A DNA stretch of 25,976 nucleotides, taken from UHGV virus genome UHGV-1612078, one strand, 5' to 3'. The notes below the pieces were generated by a model that worked only from the letters and a program-made list of their open reading frames with translations, made no database searches and was not told the DNA's origin. Positions 16,989 to 25,544 of this stretch are shown piece after piece (the stretch's first letter is position 1; each line of letters begins with the position of its first letter). Source of the stretch: a virus. A program made the translations under genes and the position numbers.

Positions 16989-17957
16989 ATGAAAACTGTA
17001 ACTATCAATAAGGGTATTTACTTCGGTAAAGAAATCTCTGGAACTTTTGAGCTCTTAGGCGAATGGTTCCCAGATAATGCTCCGGTAGATGCGCAAGGAG
17101 ATGGTAAAGTTTTTGTTGAAATTGACGGTAAGCGTCGCGGTGTTTGGGTTTACAAATCAGACATTTCATATGATGGTGTAAAAGTTGAAGAAGTTAAAGA
17201 ATCATATGAAGATATGAAAACCCGCATTAATAAAAGATTTAATGTTATGGGAATGATGACGAATGGTATTATTAACGGAAACATTCGTTCATTAATTATC
17301 TCAGGAGCAGCAGGCATTGGTAAAACGTATTCTTTAGATAAAGCTTTAAATAAAGCAAATGATATTGGATACATTGAGTATAAAAGCATTAATGGTAAAA
17401 TCTCTGGTATCGGTCTTTATGAGCAGCTTTGGAATAATCGTGAAGAGAATTCTGTCCTTTTGATTGATGATGTGGATGTTTTCTCTGATATGGACATTCT
17501 TAATCTTCTGAAAGCTGCTCTGGACACTGGAGAGACCCGTAAAGTCTGCTGGAGCACTGCATCTTCTTACTTAGAAGAAAAAGGCATTGAGCGTGAGTTT
17601 GAATTTAAAGGAACGATTGTTTTTATCACAAACGTTGACATTGACCGCGAATTAGACCGTGGTACTAAACTTGCTCCACATTTACAAGCATTAGTGTCCC
17701 GCTCAGTTTATTTGGATTTGGGTGTTCACACTAATGAAGAAATTATGGTCAGGGTTGAAGATGTTATTCTTTCAACTGACATGATGCAAAAGCGCGGTCT
17801 TTCTGATGAAGAAACTTATAAAGCATTATCATGGATGAAAGTCAATGTTAATCGTTTACGCAATGTTTCACTGCGTACTGCGCTTTATCTTGCTGACTTT
17901 ATTATGACCGACAAAAACGGTTGGGAAGAAATTGCTGAAACGGTATTATTAAAATGA
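16989..17957 (+). CDS. P-loop ATPase, AAA-like (Walker A SGAAGIGKT, Walker B LLIDDVD)
   Basis: ATG 16989 after SD ggag. Walker A/B and a candidate sensor-1 (IVFITN). The upstream track extension is translated leader. Confidence 0.7.
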   Translation: MKTVTINKGIYFGKEISGTFELLGEWFPDNAPVDAQGDGKVFVEIDGKRRGVWVYKSDISYDGVKVEEVKESYEDMKTRINKRFNVMGMMTNGIINGNIRSLIISGAAGIGKTYSLDKALNKANDIGYIEYKSINGKISGIGLYEQLWNNREENSVLLIDDVDVFSDMDILNLLKAALDTGETRKVCWSTASSYLEEKGIEREFEFKGTIVFITNVDIDRELDRGTKLAPHLQALVSRSVYLDLGVHTNEEIMVRVEDVILSTDMMQKRGLSDEETYKALSWMKVNVNRLRNVSLRTALYLADFIMTDKNGWEEIAETVLLK

Positions 17958-18672
17958 AAAATATTTTACTATCTATAAAACTGAAATATTAAATTTAAAG
18001 ACAGGTATTAAGAAATACTATTATGGTCGACATATAACTAATAACATCAATGATTCGTATGTTGGTAGTGGAAATTATATAGAACGTGTAAAAGTGTCAA
18101 ATGACCACATATTATCAAAAACGGTTTTAGAAGTTTTTGATAATTATGATAAAATGGTACAAGCTGAAATATTATATATCATGGCAGGTAAATTGAAATA
18201 TGGAAAAAACTGTGTTAACCTGTCATACGGGGGTGAAGGAGGAAAGGTTGCAGATGAAACTAGGATAAAATGCAAAAAGCATTCTATAAATTTATGGAAA
18301 AATCCTAATCATATACAACATATGAAGAAAAAGATGAAAGAGGTCACATCCACGCCGGAAGCTAAATTAAACACTTCAATAAAAACTTCGCAACGATATA
18401 AGGACCCAGTTTTTGTTAGAAAAGTTAGTAATATTATTAAAAAGAAACTAAGTAATCCTACAGTAAAAGAAAAGCATATTAATGGAATTAAAGCTGCAAA
18501 GCGTTCTCATTTAACTATATGGCAGTATGAAGATGAATTATTCGAGCTTTGGAAAGAAACTAAATATGGATGGAGAAAATTTACAAAGGAAGCTATAAAA
18601 CACGGATATCCAAATGAACCGTATCGTAGTATGGTATCAACTTTTCAGAAAAGACATTTAGAAGAATCCTAA
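17954..18672 (+). pseudogene. GIY-YIG homing endonuclease (Seg-like), N-terminal frame disrupted
   Basis: Frame of the track ORF 18094..18672 extends upstream through ...GIKKYYYGRHITNNINDSYVGSGNYIERVK (GIY-x10-YIG-like plus downstream R/H). The only ATG (17954, ATGA-overlapping the ATPase stop) is in another frame and stops after 12 codons. Confidence 0.45.
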
Positions 18673-18754
18673 GACAAAAAGGAAGTTCAGAAATAGATTA
18701 TATGGACTGCCATTAAAAAGATGACTAGAATTAAACCGGTAAATGGAGGTAGTG

Positions 18755-19057
18755 ATGTTATACTCAAAGGCTCGTGAAATTTACGAAACTAAGATTAAAG
18801 AAGCTGTACTTCAATTCGCAACAACGATGCGATGGACAAATGATTGGGAATATTCAAAAAATCATAAAAAGCCCCTGGTGACAAGAAAGGCTCATATGTT
18901 AGTGTTAATAGACCGTGAGCAGATTAAAGCCCGAGAAGCCCTCCAGAATCATAAAAAGGCTGCCTTTGAATGGTTTATGGATAACACTGCTCCTGAGACT
19001 AAGAAAGCAGTGAGCGCCTGGTTCAGTGGAAAAAATTGTGAAAGAAGTTTCTTTTAG
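18755..19057 (+). CDS. hypothetical protein (100 aa)
   Basis: SD ggagg then ATG 18755. Confidence 0.5.
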   Translation: MLYSKAREIYETKIKEAVLQFATTMRWTNDWEYSKNHKKPLVTRKAHMLVLIDREQIKAREALQNHKKAAFEWFMDNTAPETKKAVSAWFSGKNCERSFF

Positions 19058-19059
19058 TT

Positions 19060-19089
19060 GTTTACAAGACCGTTCCTCTGTGGTACTAT
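19060..19089 (+). promoter_or_regulatory. T4-type early promoter
   Basis: GTTTAC at 19060-19065, 18-bp spacer, TGg-TACTAT. Conserved leader. Confidence 0.55.
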
Positions 19090-19117
19090 ACAACTATCAA
19101 CTACGGAGGAATACAAA

Positions 19118-19645
19118 ATGAACGCTAAAGATATTTTCAACCTGGTAAATTACAATGATGGTAAATTTAAATCTGAAGCGCAAAGCAAGTTCTTTAATGA
19201 CATCTCAATCGGAGGTGAAATCACTGTTGATGGAGGACAAATTTACAAATCCCGTTGGAATTGGATCGTTATTATTGATGAGATCGGTATTGTAGAAATT
19301 TACAAGAATACGAATAAAAATCGTACATTACACTGGTCTCGTGATACTAACGAACAGTACAAAAAGGATAAAGCATCTAAATTATCTCGTGTAACTCAAG
19401 AAGATATTGAGTTCATCAAGAAAGATATTTTAATGTATGATAACTTAATTGCTGAAGAGCAAGCTGTTATTGATAAATTTGATGAGATTAAAGCTTCTCG
19501 TGAAATTCCTGATTTTATGAAAGAATCAGTAAATGAACGATACACTCTCATTTCAGAGCGTATTGAAACTTACAAAAAGCAAAGAGCTGAACGCCAAAAT
19601 ACTCTTCGGAAGTTTGAAGAACGGTTAAAGACGGTACTCGCATAA
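19118..19645 (+). CDS. hypothetical protein (175 aa)
   Basis: ATG 19118 after SD ggagg. The track start at 19058 is translated leader. Confidence 0.6.
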   Translation: MNAKDIFNLVNYNDGKFKSEAQSKFFNDISIGGEITVDGGQIYKSRWNWIVIIDEIGIVEIYKNTNKNRTLHWSRDTNEQYKKDKASKLSRVTQEDIEFIKKDILMYDNLIAEEQAVIDKFDEIKASREIPDFMKESVNERYTLISERIETYKKQRAERQNTLRKFEERLKTVLA

Positions 19646-19700
19646 CCGCTTTATACCAAGGATGGTATAATGGTTCTAAGCCCTTTTAATTGAGATTATT

Positions 19701-20108
19701 ATGAAACAGTTGATAATTAAAAGATTGAATTTATTGATATGTTGTTTATGCGTAGTAGTTGCATATGGTTATTACGCAATTAATGATTATATGCATTATA
19801 AAGATTATGATGTTACTGTAGTTAATACCCTTACAGGAACTCAAGGAAAGGGGTCTAGTTTATCGTTTATTGCTGTATATGAACTCAAAGACGGTTATAG
19901 ATTTAGCGAATATATTTCACCAGAGATGTATTCATCAATAGAAAAAGGCGATAATATTACTGTAAGTTTACGTCCTTTCGACGTAAAACAGACATTGTTT
20001 GATAATATTGTTTGGTTCTTTGGAATGGTATTAGTTCAATCTGTGTGTGGTGCTTATATAGTCTGTTCCATCTTATTCTGTATATTTAGTAAAATTGAAA
20101 TTGAGTGA
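19701..20108 (+). CDS. membrane protein (N- and C-terminal hydrophobic segments)
   Basis: LNLLICCLCVVVAYGYYAI and VWFFGMVLVQSVCGAYIVCSILFCIF. Confidence 0.55.
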   Translation: MKQLIIKRLNLLICCLCVVVAYGYYAINDYMHYKDYDVTVVNTLTGTQGKGSSLSFIAVYELKDGYRFSEYISPEMYSSIEKGDNITVSLRPFDVKQTLFDNIVWFFGMVLVQSVCGAYIVCSILFCIFSKIEIE

Positions 20109-20115
20109 GGAAAAT

Positions 20116-21003
20116 ATGTCAGTAGTAATTAATAATGTCAATGCAGTAATTAAATCTTTAGTTAATAAAAAATTGAATGAATGGACTGTACTTCGTCGTG
20201 GAGAGCCAGATAAATTTTTTCATAGATTTAACCCAACTTTGGATTTGAATGTTATTGACAGAGATGTTCATGCTGAAATATTAGATAAGTTTAAAGTTGA
20301 TATTGGATTTGGATTAGATAAACATTTACAACGAACAAACGGGTCTGGAATGGGTTTATCTAATCGCATCATGAAAGCCCTTAATAAAATTGGAGCGTTG
20401 TCTCGTATTAACGCGAGTGAAATTCTTCGCAATTATAATAAAGGATATGACCTTTATGGTAGACTAATGCCGAAATTGTCATTCGATCAAATGATTGCTG
20501 ATTTGTGGGAAAATCAACGACGATTATTAGCATTAGGCGCTCGATTAGCTAAAGGTCTAGATAAACAAATGATTTTTAAGACCAATAATACAGAAGACCT
20601 TAAATGCTTTAAATTTAGTATTCGTGGAGATGATTATTACGTCAGAGCTCACTCTACAGATTATGCCAATATGGGTCATCATCTTTGTTTAGCTTTTGAA
20701 ATTTTAAAAGAAGCTGGAACATTAGAATATGTGTCTGGTGCTAAATGTCCGATTGGTTCAAGTTGTATTTTAATTTATCGCCCGGATGAATCCAGTTCAA
20801 CTAAATTGCCTACAAAACCTGTACCAGTTCGTAGTAATGAAAAACATTCTGAACAAATTGCTTATTTTAATAAGCAGATTGAAGAGCTAAATATTTCTAT
20901 TCAGCAATATGATGATGAAATTTTCAGACTATCTGGATTGAGTAGTAAAGCTAAATCTGAGCGTGAAAAATTAATTAAAATCGTTGATTTACTTAAATCT
21001 TAA
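20116..21003 (+). CDS. hypothetical protein with C-terminal coiled coil (295 aa)
   Basis: SD gagg then ATG 20116. Confidence 0.55.
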   Translation: MSVVINNVNAVIKSLVNKKLNEWTVLRRGEPDKFFHRFNPTLDLNVIDRDVHAEILDKFKVDIGFGLDKHLQRTNGSGMGLSNRIMKALNKIGALSRINASEILRNYNKGYDLYGRLMPKLSFDQMIADLWENQRRLLALGARLAKGLDKQMIFKTNNTEDLKCFKFSIRGDDYYVRAHSTDYANMGHHLCLAFEILKEAGTLEYVSGAKCPIGSSCILIYRPDESSSTKLPTKPVPVRSNEKHSEQIAYFNKQIEELNISIQQYDDEIFRLSGLSSKAKSEREKLIKIVDLLKS

Positions 21004-21011
21004 GGAACACC

Positions 21012-22034
21012 ATGAAAACTCGTTCTCAAATTGAAGATATGGTTCGTAATGCCAGCTATACTCGTGATGTTATGACATTTTTGTGTGAAAATAATTTAGA
21101 CCCTGATAAAGTTAATCGTGTTATTCATCACTTTAAGTATACGAATAGCAGTGAATGGGTGCGTAATTTTAGTAAAGCAGGGTATATTACACAAATGACT
21201 GCTCGTGAACAGCTCACCGATTTCTGTAAAACTATTGATTATAAAAATCCTTTGATTGTTCAAGGCGTTGGTCAAAGTAAGGTCGATTTATCATCTGGAT
21301 TTTTCAATCCAAATCATTATCGTATTGAATGGAGATTTATTGCTCTATTCCGTAAACAATTAAAGCAAATTTTGTCTACTGCTAGTCGATTAAAAGGCTC
21401 TGATATTAACTTAAAGAACCTGAAATTTGATGGTTATACTCTTCAGATGGAAGTAAGACCGTTAAAAGAAAATAATAGAACTGCACGAATTAGCTTTAAG
21501 CCTAATACTAAAAATTCTCTTTCAATTTGTGAATGTCTTAAATCACAGCTGACAGAAGCATTTAAGTATATGGATGTTGTTGCTGCTGTTCAATCTAAGA
21601 TTTTACCTCGTTTTGAACGATTTAAGTTAGATACAACATCATATGAACTTGATATGATCGTTTCATTTAAATACGATTTTTTGAGAAAGGACGAAGTCCC
21701 GCGAGAGAAAAAGCAGGAATTGCAAGATAACTTAAATTTATCTAATTACTTATCAAACGATCCTAAATTTTGGATGTATAGCTCAAGCAATATAGATGCA
21801 TGTAAACTTAATAAAGTGAGTTTTCTTCCTACTGAAAATTCAAATTTTAAACCTGTAGAAAAATGGCACGCTGACGCGATTGAGAAGTCTCTTAAGGCAG
21901 TAGATGATGAACTCGTTAAAGCGACCAATGAAGTGCTAGAAGCTGAAAAGGCGTTAGAACAAGCTCAGTCAAGGGTTCAAAATCTGACAAAGCAACGTTC
22001 TAAACTGAACAATGCACTAAATGCACTGAACTAG
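21012..22034 (+). CDS. hypothetical protein with C-terminal coiled coil (340 aa)
   Basis: Long ORF. C-terminal heptad-like region EAEKALEQAQSRVQNLTKQRSKLNNALNALN. Confidence 0.6.
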   Translation: MKTRSQIEDMVRNASYTRDVMTFLCENNLDPDKVNRVIHHFKYTNSSEWVRNFSKAGYITQMTAREQLTDFCKTIDYKNPLIVQGVGQSKVDLSSGFFNPNHYRIEWRFIALFRKQLKQILSTASRLKGSDINLKNLKFDGYTLQMEVRPLKENNRTARISFKPNTKNSLSICECLKSQLTEAFKYMDVVAAVQSKILPRFERFKLDTTSYELDMIVSFKYDFLRKDEVPREKKQELQDNLNLSNYLSNDPKFWMYSSSNIDACKLNKVSFLPTENSNFKPVEKWHADAIEKSLKAVDDELVKATNEVLEAEKALEQAQSRVQNLTKQRSKLNNALNALN

Positions 22035-22063
22035 TTTACTTTGCCACAAGGATGTGGTATAAT
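22034..22063 (+). promoter_or_regulatory. T4-type early promoter
   Basis: GTTTAC at 22034-22039, 18-bp spacer, TGg-TATAAT at 22055-22063. Confidence 0.55.
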
Positions 22064-22091
22064 GTTCTTACTTTCTACTGAGGAGATTAAT

Positions 22092-23018
22092 ATGACTCGT
22101 AAACATTATATTGATTATTTTGACAGTCTTATTACTAAACACCGCAATTATCAGATCGGACACAGAGCAGTAATTAATAATATTCTTCGTGATTTCCTTC
22201 AATATGTTGGCCAGGAAAATCATATCTGTAAAGATACTCAAAACGCTTATTCTCATTCGTTGGGCAATTTGCTTGAATGGTTTAAACGTTCTCGTATGTT
22301 ATCTTCTACTGTAGCTCGTGATAACATTAAAAACTTTATGAAGCCGAGCTTCATTAAATCTGCGACATCTATAACTGATTTGGTTGAATTTACTATTGTT
22401 AACGATGTTAAAAAGACCCATTTGGCTGATTGGTTATCTACCATTCCTGAAACTAAATTTGCTGATAAATTCGCTTGTCAATTCAATGACCAAGTGAATA
22501 TGCTTTTTAAGCATGCTCGTAAACTATTTACCGCGGGCGATGACCGTACAAATACAGTTCATGTTAAGGATTGGGTTATTGCTGATGAAGTAACACACAA
22601 GCCAGGTGGTTCATCAGTATTAATTAATATCCAGGTTCCTTATTACTACTCACGTAATCTCGGCACCATGACAGCTAAAGAAATTAATAAGCACAACAAA
22701 ACTATTCGTTCGTTGTCTTATAAACTCCGCATGATGTTAAAAATTATGGACGTAGTGGAAATGTATGACGAAACCGAAGATAATGGTTCAATGTTATACA
22801 GTTCACGCATTCTAATTAAACTGAAGAACCCTAATACATATAAGACAGTTGTAAAAGAGCCTAAAGTAGAAAAGGTTGATAATCTGAGTGAAGAACGTGA
22901 ATATCTCAATGCCCGTTTGACTGAAGTTGAAGCCCAAATTGCAGAACACACCAAATTGTTAAAAGCTCTTAATGCAAAAGCAAATGGTTTACGTAATGCT
23001 ATTGAGGTATTGAAATGA
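22092..23018 (+). CDS. hypothetical protein with C-terminal coiled coil (308 aa)
   Basis: ATG 22092 after SD gaggag. C-terminus [37 protein letters not shown]. Confidence 0.6.
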   Translation: MTRKHYIDYFDSLITKHRNYQIGHRAVINNILRDFLQYVGQENHICKDTQNAYSHSLGNLLEWFKRSRMLSSTVARDNIKNFMKPSFIKSATSITDLVEFTIVNDVKKTHLADWLSTIPETKFADKFACQFNDQVNMLFKHARKLFTAGDDRTNTVHVKDWVIADEVTHKPGGSSVLINIQVPYYYSRNLGTMTAKEINKHNKTIRSLSYKLRMMLKIMDVVEMYDETEDNGSMLYSSRILIKLKNPNTYKTVVKEPKVEKVDNLSEEREYLNARLTEVEAQIAEHTKLLKALNAKANGLRNAIEVLK

Positions 23019-23329
23019 AAAAGCGTTTATTAGAAGACATTGCAGCTTCAAGTAATTCCAGTTTAATTAAAATTATTATGGCCGGTGAAGAAGACGATTT
23101 GGAAATGCGTAGAAAGATTCATGGTTGTGATGATTATAGCAGCCCTATTAATTGGGATTCTGTAATGGTCATGGTTGAACGCCGCGAACGTGCTTCTAAA
23201 AACGTTCCTAATTGCCCTGAATGTGGAACTGAACAGGTGCAATTGGTCCATTGGCAGACTAGTAATCTTCGTTATAAATGTCGCCATTGTAAACACCGAT
23301 TTGACCGAGAAGAAAATGACCAAGCGTAA
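23015..23329 (+). CDS. zinc-ribbon protein (CPECG...CRHCKH)
   Basis: Two CxxC pairs about 20 aa apart. ATGA coupling with the upstream gene. Confidence 0.55.
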
Positions 23330-23558
23330 AGAATATATGGAGACTGCTGAAAAGGCAGTCCGTGAATTAGCAATAGCTTATTATAATGAACATGGTAAAT
23401 TTCCTGATAGATACAGCGTGCTTAAATCTGCTTTAACTCGTTCATATAAAAATATGCTATCAGAAGTAAGTGATATTATATACAAACATAAAGAACAAAC
23501 GGGCCAAAGTCTTGATTACGACGAGACTTTTAAACAAGTATTAGGAATTAAGGAATAA
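23316..23558 (+). CDS. hypothetical protein (80 aa)
   Basis: ATG 23316 overlapping the upstream gene end. Ends 1 nt before nrdC. Confidence 0.5.
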
Positions 23559-23559
23559 T

Positions 23560-23823
23560 ATGTTTAAAGTATATGGTTATGATAGCAACATCCACAAATG
23601 CGTGTATTGCGATAATGCAAAACGTCTCTTGACTGTGAAGAAACAGCCGTTTGAATTTATCAACATTATGCCGGAAAAAGGTGTTTTTGATGATGAGAAA
23701 ATTGCTGAGCTTCTGACTAAACTAGGTCGTGATACTCAAATCGGCTTAACAATGCCTCAGGTATTTGCTCCTGATGGAAGTCATATTGGTGGATTTGACC
23801 AACTGCGAGAATATTTTAAATGA
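23560..23823 (+). CDS. nrdC: glutaredoxin/thioredoxin NrdC
   Basis: 87 aa, MFKVYGYDSNIHKCVYCDNAKRLL... with CVYC redox motif. Matches my recollection of T4 NrdC. Confidence 0.9.
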   Translation: MFKVYGYDSNIHKCVYCDNAKRLLTVKKQPFEFINIMPEKGVFDDEKIAELLTKLGRDTQIGLTMPQVFAPDGSHIGGFDQLREYFK

Positions 23824-24053
23824 TGCTCGAAGGAACTGACTATATTCATGATTACCGCGGAAGCGCGGTATATGTAGGTGATGAAGTTGCAGTTTATTAT
23901 GGGTATGGAACTTTGATGACAGCCAAGGTTATTCAAATTAAAAATAATCGTGCTAAACTCGAAGTTTATTATTCTAATGGTGAAAAGTCTATTTCTAAGT
24001 GGAAATACGGCGATTGTATGGTTAAATTGGGTAAATATGATTTACGATATTAA
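23820..24053 (+). CDS. hypothetical protein (77 aa)
   Basis: ATGA-coupled to nrdC. Confidence 0.5.
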   Translation: MMLEGTDYIHDYRGSAVYVGDEVAVYYGYGTLMTAKVIQIKNNRAKLEVYYSNGEKSISKWKYGDCMVKLGKYDLRY

Positions 24054-24207
24054 TGTATCACGAGCTCCGTCAATGGTTACTATTCCAGCCGAAGAACTAG
24101 ATCGTCTTCAGAAAATTGAAGAGCTTCTTTGGGAAATTGAATCTGATTTGCCATCAGGATTAGAATCCTGGATTGATTATGAAGAACTTAATAAGCTTCG
24201 GGGTTAA
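24037..24207 (+). CDS. hypothetical small acidic protein (56 aa)
   Basis: ATG 24037 overlapping the upstream gene. Competes with the overlapping ORF 24179..24346. Confidence 0.4.
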   Translation: MIYDINVSRAPSMVTIPAEELDRLQKIEELLWEIESDLPSGLESWIDYEELNKLRG

Positions 24208-24346
24208 ACCTTGGTGGGCGGCTAGATGGGAAACTGTAGAGCCAGAGCCGGAAGAACCGGTTTACACTGATGAAGAAACAGTATATAATGAACCAACGAT
24301 AAATGACTTAATTGATATGGAGATGGGACATGATTACAGTAGATAA
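24179..24346 (+). CDS. possible small ORF (55 aa, Pro/Glu-rich)
   Basis: Manual translation MKNLISFGVKPWWAARWETVEPEPEEPVYTDEE.... Overlaps both neighbours. Low confidence. Confidence 0.2.
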   Translation: MKNLISFGVKPWWAARWETVEPEPEEPVYTDEETVYNEPTINDLIDMEMGHDYSR

Positions 24347-24815
24347 GTGGTTTAGAATTAATCGTGCTGATACAGGGCTGTGTAATTACTGGCCGGAACT
24401 TAGTGCAGGTACTGTCTTTAAAGTTCGTGAACTTGCAAAAGAATGTGAAGATGATATAGAGCCTGACACTGGAATTATTGAAATTGAACTTTCTGATGGA
24501 AAAATTATTAACATCTATGATAAGCCAATTACGTATTGGTGTTTGTGGAATACTGAATCCGTTGAAAATGGTGAAATCGAGGAAGTTGTAGAGAGAACTA
24601 GCCAAGATGTTCAGAAGCCTAAAGCCGCTTTTCAAGGTGAACGTATTTCATATGCATTAGCTAAAGTGGCATTGAAAAAAGATATTGATGATTATGAAGG
24701 TAACCTGATGCAAGCTGCGGCAGAATATATTGAATGGCTTGAAACTCAAAATTCTTTTTCTGACCAAATGATTCGGCAATATAAGCGATTGCATCAAATG
24801 TTTTATAATACTTGA
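24330..24815 (+). CDS. hypothetical protein (161 aa) in the pin/49.x position of T4
   Basis: SD ggag then ATG 24330. Lies between nrdC and gene 49 as pin does in T4. Identity to Pin not verified. Confidence 0.5.
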   Translation: MITVDKWFRINRADTGLCNYWPELSAGTVFKVRELAKECEDDIEPDTGIIEIELSDGKIINIYDKPITYWCLWNTESVENGEIEEVVERTSQDVQKPKAAFQGERISYALAKVALKKDIDDYEGNLMQAAAEYIEWLETQNSFSDQMIRQYKRLHQMFYNT

Positions 24816-25031
24816 AAAAACTCAAAATTCTTTTTCTGACAAGGCATTTTAATGAAAACCGAATTGGTTTATACTGAAAAGTTAAATGGCGGTAAGGTTT
24901 GGAAACTTTTTATTAAAGGACATTCTACGGACCCTCATATGACCACTTGCGTAGGAACCTATTCTCGTCCTACTAAAAAGATGATTCGACAGTATAAACG
25001 ATTGCATCGAATGTTTTACAATACTTGAAAA
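24744..25031 (+). repeat. local duplication: 21-bp repeat (24744-24764 and 24820-24840) and about 51-bp repeat (24768-24818 and 24981-25031, about 90% identical)
   Basis: Direct repeats read from the sequence. The second copy is interrupted by about 140 bp that supply a new N-terminus to a 58-aa ORF. Confidence 0.7.
24852..25028 (+). CDS. small ORF (58 aa) sharing its C-terminal 15 aa (MIRQYKRLH(Q/R)MFYNT) with the upstream 161-aa protein
   Basis: Created by the duplication. Terminator immediately downstream. Confidence 0.35.
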   Translation: MKTELVYTEKLNGGKVWKLFIKGHSTDPHMTTCVGTYSRPTKKMIRQYKRLHRMFYNT

Positions 25032-25039
25032 TAATAAAT

Positions 25040-25070
25040 ACCCTTATCTATTTAAGGTAAGGGTTTTATT
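25040..25070 (+). terminator. rho-independent terminator
   Basis: accctta-(loop)-taagggt hairpin followed by TTTATT. Confidence 0.5.
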
Positions 25071-25544
25071 ATGTTATTGACTGGCAAATTATATAAAGAA
25101 GAAAAACAGAAATTTTATGATGCACAAAATGGTAAATGCTTAATTTGCCAACGAGAACTAAATCCTGACGTTCAAGCTAATCACCTCGACCATGACCATG
25201 AATTAAATGGACCAAAAGCAGGAAAGGTACGTGGATTGCTTTGTAATCTCTGCAATGCCGCAGAAGGTCAAATGAAGCATAAATTTAATCGTTCTGGCTT
25301 AAAGGGACAAGGTGTTGATTATCTTGAATGGTTAGAAAATTTACTTACTTATTTAAAATCCGATTACACCCAAAATAATATTCACCCTAACTTCGTTGGA
25401 GATAAATCAAAGGAATTTTCTCGTTTAGGAAAAGAGGAAATGATGGCCGAGATGCTTCAAAGAGGATTTGAATATAATGAATCTGACACTAAAACACAAT
25501 TAATAGCTTCATTTAAGAAGCAGCTTAGAAAGAGTTTAAAATGA
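25071..25544 (+). CDS. 49: endonuclease VII (Holliday junction resolvase, gene 49)
   Basis: 157 aa, MLLTGKLYKEEKQKFYDAQNGKCLICQRELNPD...HLDHDHELNG... Zn-binding CxxC pairs and H-N-H-like core. Matches my recollection of T4 gp49. Confidence 0.9.
   Translation: MLLTGKLYKEEKQKFYDAQNGKCLICQRELNPDVQANHLDHDHELNGPKAGKVRGLLCNLCNAAEGQMKHKFNRSGLKGQGVDYLEWLENLLTYLKSDYTQNNIHPNFVGDKSKEFSRLGKEEMMAEMLQRGFEYNESDTKTQLIASFKKQLRKSLK

Noticed and set aside
19651-19672. Hairpin ttatacc-aaggat-ggtataa containing a TGgTATAAT-like element after the 19118 gene
   Set aside because: Ambiguous: no GTTTAC -35 and only a weak T-run, so neither a promoter nor a terminator call is secure.
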